32,000 nt of DNA. Source: Ectothiorhodospiraceae bacterium WFHF3C12. GTDB lineage: Bacteria > Pseudomonadota > Gammaproteobacteria > Nitrococcales > Nitrococcaceae. Each line of letters begins with the position of its first letter. The first letter of the stretch is position 1. The translations under genes and the position numbers were made by a program. The stretch spans positions 91,982-123,981 of the forward strand of contig JACDUA010000001.1 of assembly GCA_013519935.1 (NCBI GenBank), written 5' to 3'. The notes under the pieces were generated by a model, which was not told where the DNA came from, did no database searches, and saw nothing but the letters and a program-made list of their open reading frames with translations. Positions 28,305-32,000 of this stretch are shown piece by piece.

Positions 28305-29032
28305 TCCCCGTTCTGGCCATGGCCCCCGACGACGAGGACACGCCCTTTCCGCCGCCGGAGCGAGCACTCGATTACCCCAACGGGCTCATCGCCGTCGGCG
28401 GCGCCTTGAGCGTGCGCCGCCTGCGAATGGCGTACGAGTCCGGCATCTTCCCGTGGTTCTCCCCCGGTCAGCCGCCCCTTTGGTGGACGCCGGATCCGCG
28501 CGCCGTCCTGTTTCCCGGCCAAATGCACATCCCGCGAAGCCTGCGAAAGGTCCTGCGCCGGCAAGCTTACCGGGTTACGCTGGACGCGGCATTCCCGCGC
28601 GTCATTGCCGAGTGCGCCGACCTGCGTGCCGACGCGGAGGGGACGTGGATCACGGAGGAAATGCGCGCGGCTTACATCACGCTGCACGAGCACGGCCTCG
28701 CCCACTCGGTAGAGGTCTGGATGGACGGGTCGCTGGCCGGGGGGCTCTACGGCGTGGCGCTTGGCAAGGCCTTTTTCGGGGAATCCATGTTCAGCCGCCG
28801 AACGGACGCCTCGAAGATTGCGCTTGCCTGGCTATCCGCCCAGCTTCTAAGGTGGGATTATGAGCTGATCGATTGCCAGCTCCCCTCGCCGCACCTGGAG
28901 CGTCTGGGTGCAAGGGAGATTCCCCGCGAGGCGTTCCTTTCCCGGCTCGCGCAGGCACTCACCGCCGCGACCGGGGAGACGGCCTGGACAATCGATCCGG
29001 AGCTGACAGGCGCCCTGGTTGCCGGAGGCTGA
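28301..29032 (+). CDS. aat: Leucyl/phenylalanyl-tRNA--protein transferase
   Basis: The 243-aa ORF is collinear with E. coli Aat (PNGLIAVGG, MAYESGIFPWFSPGQPPLWWTPDPRAVLFP, YRVTLDAAFPRVIAECA, GESMFS). Confidence 0.92.
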   Translation: MIPVLAMAPDDEDTPFPPPERALDYPNGLIAVGGALSVRRLRMAYESGIFPWFSPGQPPLWWTPDPRAVLFPGQMHIPRSLRKVLRRQAYRVTLDAAFPRVIAECADLRADAEGTWITEEMRAAYITLHEHGLAHSVEVWMDGSLAGGLYGVALGKAFFGESMFSRRTDASKIALAWLSAQLLRWDYELIDCQLPSPHLERLGAREIPREAFLSRLAQALTAATGETAWTIDPELTGALVAGG

Positions 29033-29035
29033 GTG

Positions 29036-29827
29036 ATGAAAGAGCAGGAGCTGAACCGCTCGCCACGCGCCTCGGCGCGAAGCCATCGCCTGGCACTTTA
29101 CGCCACCGGCACCCACGACTGCCCCTACCTGCCGGATCGCCTGGCACGTACCGCCTTCGTGGACCCCGATGCGGACATGAGCGGGGAAATCTACGGCAAC
29201 CTGCTGCAGCAGGGCTTTCGCCGGAGCGGACCCTACGTCTACCGCCCCGCCTGCCCCGGCTGCAGCGCCTGCCAGTCGCTGCGGGTGCCGGTGACGCGTT
29301 TCCGCCCGAGCCGCAGTCAACGCCGCTGCCTGCGCCGTAACCGGGACCTGCGCGTCACCCCGCATCCGCCCGAGTTCAGCGAGGCCCATTTCGACCTCTA
29401 CCGGCGCTACATCGCGTACCGGCATGCCGGCGGGAGCATGGACAATCCGACGCGGGACAGCTACCTGCAGTTCCTCACCGCACCGTGGCTGGACACCACC
29501 TTCTATACCTTCCACGCGGAGGACAGACTGGTGGCCGTGGCGGTCAGCGACCGCCTGGCCGACAGCCTGTCCGCCGTCTACACCTTTTTCGAGCCCTCCG
29601 AGGCGCGCCGTGGGCTCGGCACGTACGCGATCCTCTGGCAGATCGAGGAGGCCCGACGCCTCGGCCTTCCCTACCTCCACATGGGATACTGGGTGGCCGG
29701 AAGCGACAAGATGGCCTACAAGGCGGACTTCCGCCCCCACGAGATTCGGGTGGGCAATCACTGGCTGCTGGTCGGGGAGCAGCAGGACGGTGAGGACGCC
29801 ACCAATCAGCGCACCTCGCGGTTCTAG
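29036..29827 (+). CDS. bpt: Arginyl-tRNA--protein transferase family protein (bacterial Bpt, Asp/Glu leucyltransferase)
   Basis: Shows ATE-family features: the N-terminal CPYLPDR, then GFRRSG, the Cys pair CPGCSACQSLRV, and C-terminal YLHMGYWV. The ATG at 29036 is 3 nt after the aat stop. The track starts at the GTG at 29033. Confidence 0.9.
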   Translation: MKEQELNRSPRASARSHRLALYATGTHDCPYLPDRLARTAFVDPDADMSGEIYGNLLQQGFRRSGPYVYRPACPGCSACQSLRVPVTRFRPSRSQRRCLRRNRDLRVTPHPPEFSEAHFDLYRRYIAYRHAGGSMDNPTRDSYLQFLTAPWLDTTFYTFHAEDRLVAVAVSDRLADSLSAVYTFFEPSEARRGLGTYAILWQIEEARRLGLPYLHMGYWVAGSDKMAYKADFRPHEIRVGNHWLLVGEQQDGEDATNQRTSRF

Positions 29828-29847
29828 CGACGGGTTGAGCAACTCCC

Positions 29848-29880
29848 GCGCCGCATTGCATTGCGGTGGCGCCGCGTTTT
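29848..29880 (+). terminator. Candidate intrinsic terminator after bpt
   Basis: Two alternative hairpins share a GCGG arm. One is CCGC-ATTGCATT-GCGG (29851-29866). The other is GCGG-TGGCG-CCGC (29863-29875), followed by GTTTT (29876-29880). Confidence 0.4.
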
Positions 29881-29997
29881 GCTAGAATTCCCCGTCTGTT
29901 GGGGTACCCGCCGGTTGTTTCAGGTCACCCGCATCGCAATATCCGGGCGTTGTGAACCGCACCGGTTCCCCGACGTTTTCAACGAGAGAGAGGCTGA

Positions 29998-30216
29998 ATG
30001 TCGAAAGAAGACAACATTAGAATGCAGGGCACCATCGTGGATACGCTGCCGAACACGATGTTCCGGGTGGAGCTGGAGAACGGCCATGTCGTTACGGCCC
30101 ACATCTCCGGCAAGATGCGAAAGCATTACATCCGCATTCTTCGCGGTGACAAGGTTACCGTGGAGCTCACGCCCTACGACCTGACCAAGGGGCGTATCGT
30201 CTATCGCGCCCGCTAG
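29998..30216 (+). CDS. infA: Translation initiation factor IF-1
   Basis: The 72-aa ORF ([72 protein letters not shown]) is nearly identical in pattern to E. coli IF-1. Confidence 0.97.
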   Translation: MSKEDNIRMQGTIVDTLPNTMFRVELENGHVVTAHISGKMRKHYIRILRGDKVTVELTPYDLTKGRIVYRAR

Positions 30217-30297
30217 GGCCCACGCACGCCAGGCCCGATTCCGCCCACTATACCGCCGGGCCTACCGGCCGCCGGCCAGGCGGCACCGGCCAGGACC

Positions 30298-30328
30298 GCT
30301 CCGCCGCGACCGGCCGTCGCAGCGGAGC
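30298..30328. terminator. Hairpin between convergent infA and clpA
   Basis: GCTCCGC-C-GCGAC-CGGCC-GTCGC-A-GCGGAGC forms a 12-bp interrupted stem. It lies 9 nt from the clpA stop. There is no U-run. Confidence 0.4.
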
Positions 30329-30336
30329 CCGCGACG

Positions 30337-32000
30337 CTAGCTGACCACTTCCGCCTCTTCCACGCGGAAGACGATCTCGCCATCTTCCTCGTCGACGACC
30401 ACATGGCCGCCATGGGCCAGTTTGCCGAAGAGAATCTCGTCCGCCAGCGGCTTCTTGATGCGCTCCTGGATCACGCGGTCCATGGGTCGGGCACCCATGC
30501 GGCTGTCGTAACCCTCCTCGGCGATCCATGCCTGGGCGGCGTCGGTGACGTCCACCGTGACCTTGCGCTCGGCCAGTTGGTGCCGCAGCTCGCGGATGAA
30601 CTTCTCCACCACCTTCTGAATGACACCCTCGCTGAGGCTGTTGAACTGGATGATGGCATCCAGCCGGTTACGGAACTCCGGCGTGAACATCCGCTTGATG
30701 GTTTCCATGGCATCCAGGGAATGATCCTGCTGGGTGAAGCCGATGGAGCGCCGGGCCTGTTCCTGGGCACCGGCATTGGTGGTCATGACCAGGATCACGT
30801 TGCGGAAATCCGCCTCGCGGCCATTGTTGTCCGTCAGCGTACCGTGGTCCATGACCTGCAGCAGCAGGTTGAACACGTCCGGATGCGCCTTCTCGATCTC
30901 GTCGAGCAACAGGACCGAGTGCGGGTGCTTGATCACCTCCTCGGTAAGCAGACCGCCCTGGTCGAAGCCCACGTAACCGGGCGGCGCGCCGATCAGCCGC
31001 GAGACGGTGTGGCGTTCCATGTACTCCGACATGTCGAAACGCAGCAGCGGGATGCCCATGACGTGCGACAGCTGCCGGGTCACCTCGGTCTTGCCGACAC
31101 CGGTCGGGCCGGCGAACAGGAAATTGCCCACGGGCTTGTCGCCCGAGCGCAGCCCTGCCCGCGACATCTTGATGGTCGCCGCGAGCGTGTCGATGGCCTC
31201 GTCCTGACCGTAGATGGTGAACTTGAGATCCCGCTCCAGGTTCTCCAGCAGCCGCATGTCGGAGTTGGATACCCGCTTCGGCGGAATCCGGGCCATCTTG
31301 GCGATGATCGATTCGATGTCCGACACGCTCACGCTCTTGCGCCGCTTCGAAGGCGGCAACAGGCGCAGGTTCGCCCCGGCCTCGTCGATGACGTCGATGG
31401 CCTTGTCCGGCAGGCGCCGGTCCGTCAGGTGCTTGGCGGCAAGCTCGGCCGCCGCCTTCAGCGCCGGTCCCGTGTACTTGACGCCGTGATGGGCCTCGAA
31501 CCGCTCCTTGAGCCCTCGCAGGATCTGCACCGTCTCGTCAACGGTCGGCTCGCTGACGTCGATCTTCTGGAATCGACGGGCCAGCGCCCGGTCCTTCTCG
31601 AAGATGCCCCGGTATTCCTGGTAGGTCGTCGAGCCGATGCACTTGAGCTCACCGGAGGCCAGCATCGGCTTGAGCAGGTTGGAGGCATCCATGACGCCGC
31701 CCGACGCCGATCCCGCGCCGATGACCGTGTGGATCTCGTCGATGAACAGGATGGCGTCCTTCTGCTTCTTCAGCTGCTGCAGCAGGCCCTTGAGGCGCTT
31801 CTCGAAGTCGCCGCGGTATTTGGTACCGGCAACCAGCGCACCGAGATCCAGCGCATAGATCCGCGCGTCGGTGAGCACGTCCGGCACGTCGCCATCCACG
31901 ACCAGCTTCGCGAGACCCTCGGCGATGGCGGTCTTGCCCACGCCGGCCTCGCCGACGAACAACGGATTGTTCTTGCGCCGGCGGCAGAGCACCTGAATGG
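30337..32000 (-). CDS. clpA: ATP-dependent Clp protease ATP-binding subunit ClpA (C-terminal part; 5' end beyond the window)
   Basis: Two AAA+ modules are visible: [20 protein letters not shown] with ILFIDEIHT, and [19 protein letters not shown] with [16 protein letters not shown]. The ClpA-type C-terminus is also present. The reading frame stays open to position 32000. Confidence 0.95.
   Translation of the reverse strand, partial: IQVLCRRRKNNPLFVGEAGVGKTAIAEGLAKLVVDGDVPDVLTDARIYALDLGALVAGTKYRGDFEKRLKGLLQQLKKQKDAILFIDEIHTVIGAGSASGGVMDASNLLKPMLASGELKCIGSTTYQEYRGIFEKDRALARRFQKIDVSEPTVDETVQILRGLKERFEAHHGVKYTGPALKAAAELAAKHLTDRRLPDKAIDVIDEAGANLRLLPPSKRRKSVSVSDIESIIAKMARIPPKRVSNSDMRLLENLERDLKFTIYGQDEAIDTLAATIKMSRAGLRSGDKPVGNFLFAGPTGVGKTEVTRQLSHVMGIPLLRFDMSEYMERHTVSRLIGAPPGYVGFDQGGLLTEEVIKHPHSVLLLDEIEKAHPDVFNLLLQVMDHGTLTDNNGREADFRNVILVMTTNAGAQEQARRSIGFTQQDHSLDAMETIKRMFTPEFRNRLDAIIQFNSLSEGVIQKVVEKFIRELRHQLAERKVTVDVTDAAQAWIAEEGYDSRMGARPMDRVIQERIKKPLADEILFGKLAHGGHVVVDEEDGEIVFRVEEAEVVS

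Overview
This is a high-GC chromosomal core segment of gammaproteobacterial type; the lineage is inferred from gene content and synteny only. About 28 protein genes are packed tightly. Several blocks keep the E. coli gene order: rseA-rpoE/nadB, ygfZ next to sdhE-ygfX, prfB-lysS, ftsK-lolA-rarA-serS, and aat-infA-clpA.

Genes in order:
- rseA (first 8 codons only), rpoE, nadB
- A succinate dehydrogenase locus: DUF1674/SDHAF4-like, sdhC, sdhD, sdhA, sdhB, sdhE, ygfX-like, with ygfZ divergent
- lysS, and prfB with its programmed +1 frameshift
- hrpA
- Three phosphohydrolase genes: a YfcE-like metallophosphoesterase, thrH and a PF06189-type 5'-nucleotidase
- cysG-like, a doubtful small ORF, and divergent cysB
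- serS, rarA, lolA, ftsK
- A DUF482/FemAB-like gene translationally coupled to aat and bpt
- infA and the C-terminal 551 codons of clpA

I saw no rRNA, tRNA, CRISPR array, transposase, integrase or phage gene.

The one sizeable stretch that coding sequence does not explain is the ~780-bp gap between cysB and serS (20294-21075). Read on the minus strand, it is a dense array of short hairpins presenting GGA/AGGA motifs in their loops (about 40 GGA by manual count). A perfect TGTAAG-N6-CTTACA palindrome, the GacA/UvrY-type upstream activating sequence, precedes it. I interpret this as an unusually large CsrB/RsmB-like RNA that sequesters CsrA/RsmA.

Secondary points of interest:
- The sdh operon sits among three SDH/Fe-S maturation genes.
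- Three consecutive aminoacyl-tRNA-transferase-fold genes lie next to infA/clpA.
- The N-terminal domain of the CysG-like protein has lost its conserved motifs.
- Several intergenic palindromes and repeats are unexplained.

Many long ORFs in the track are antisense artefacts of high GC content and were rejected.
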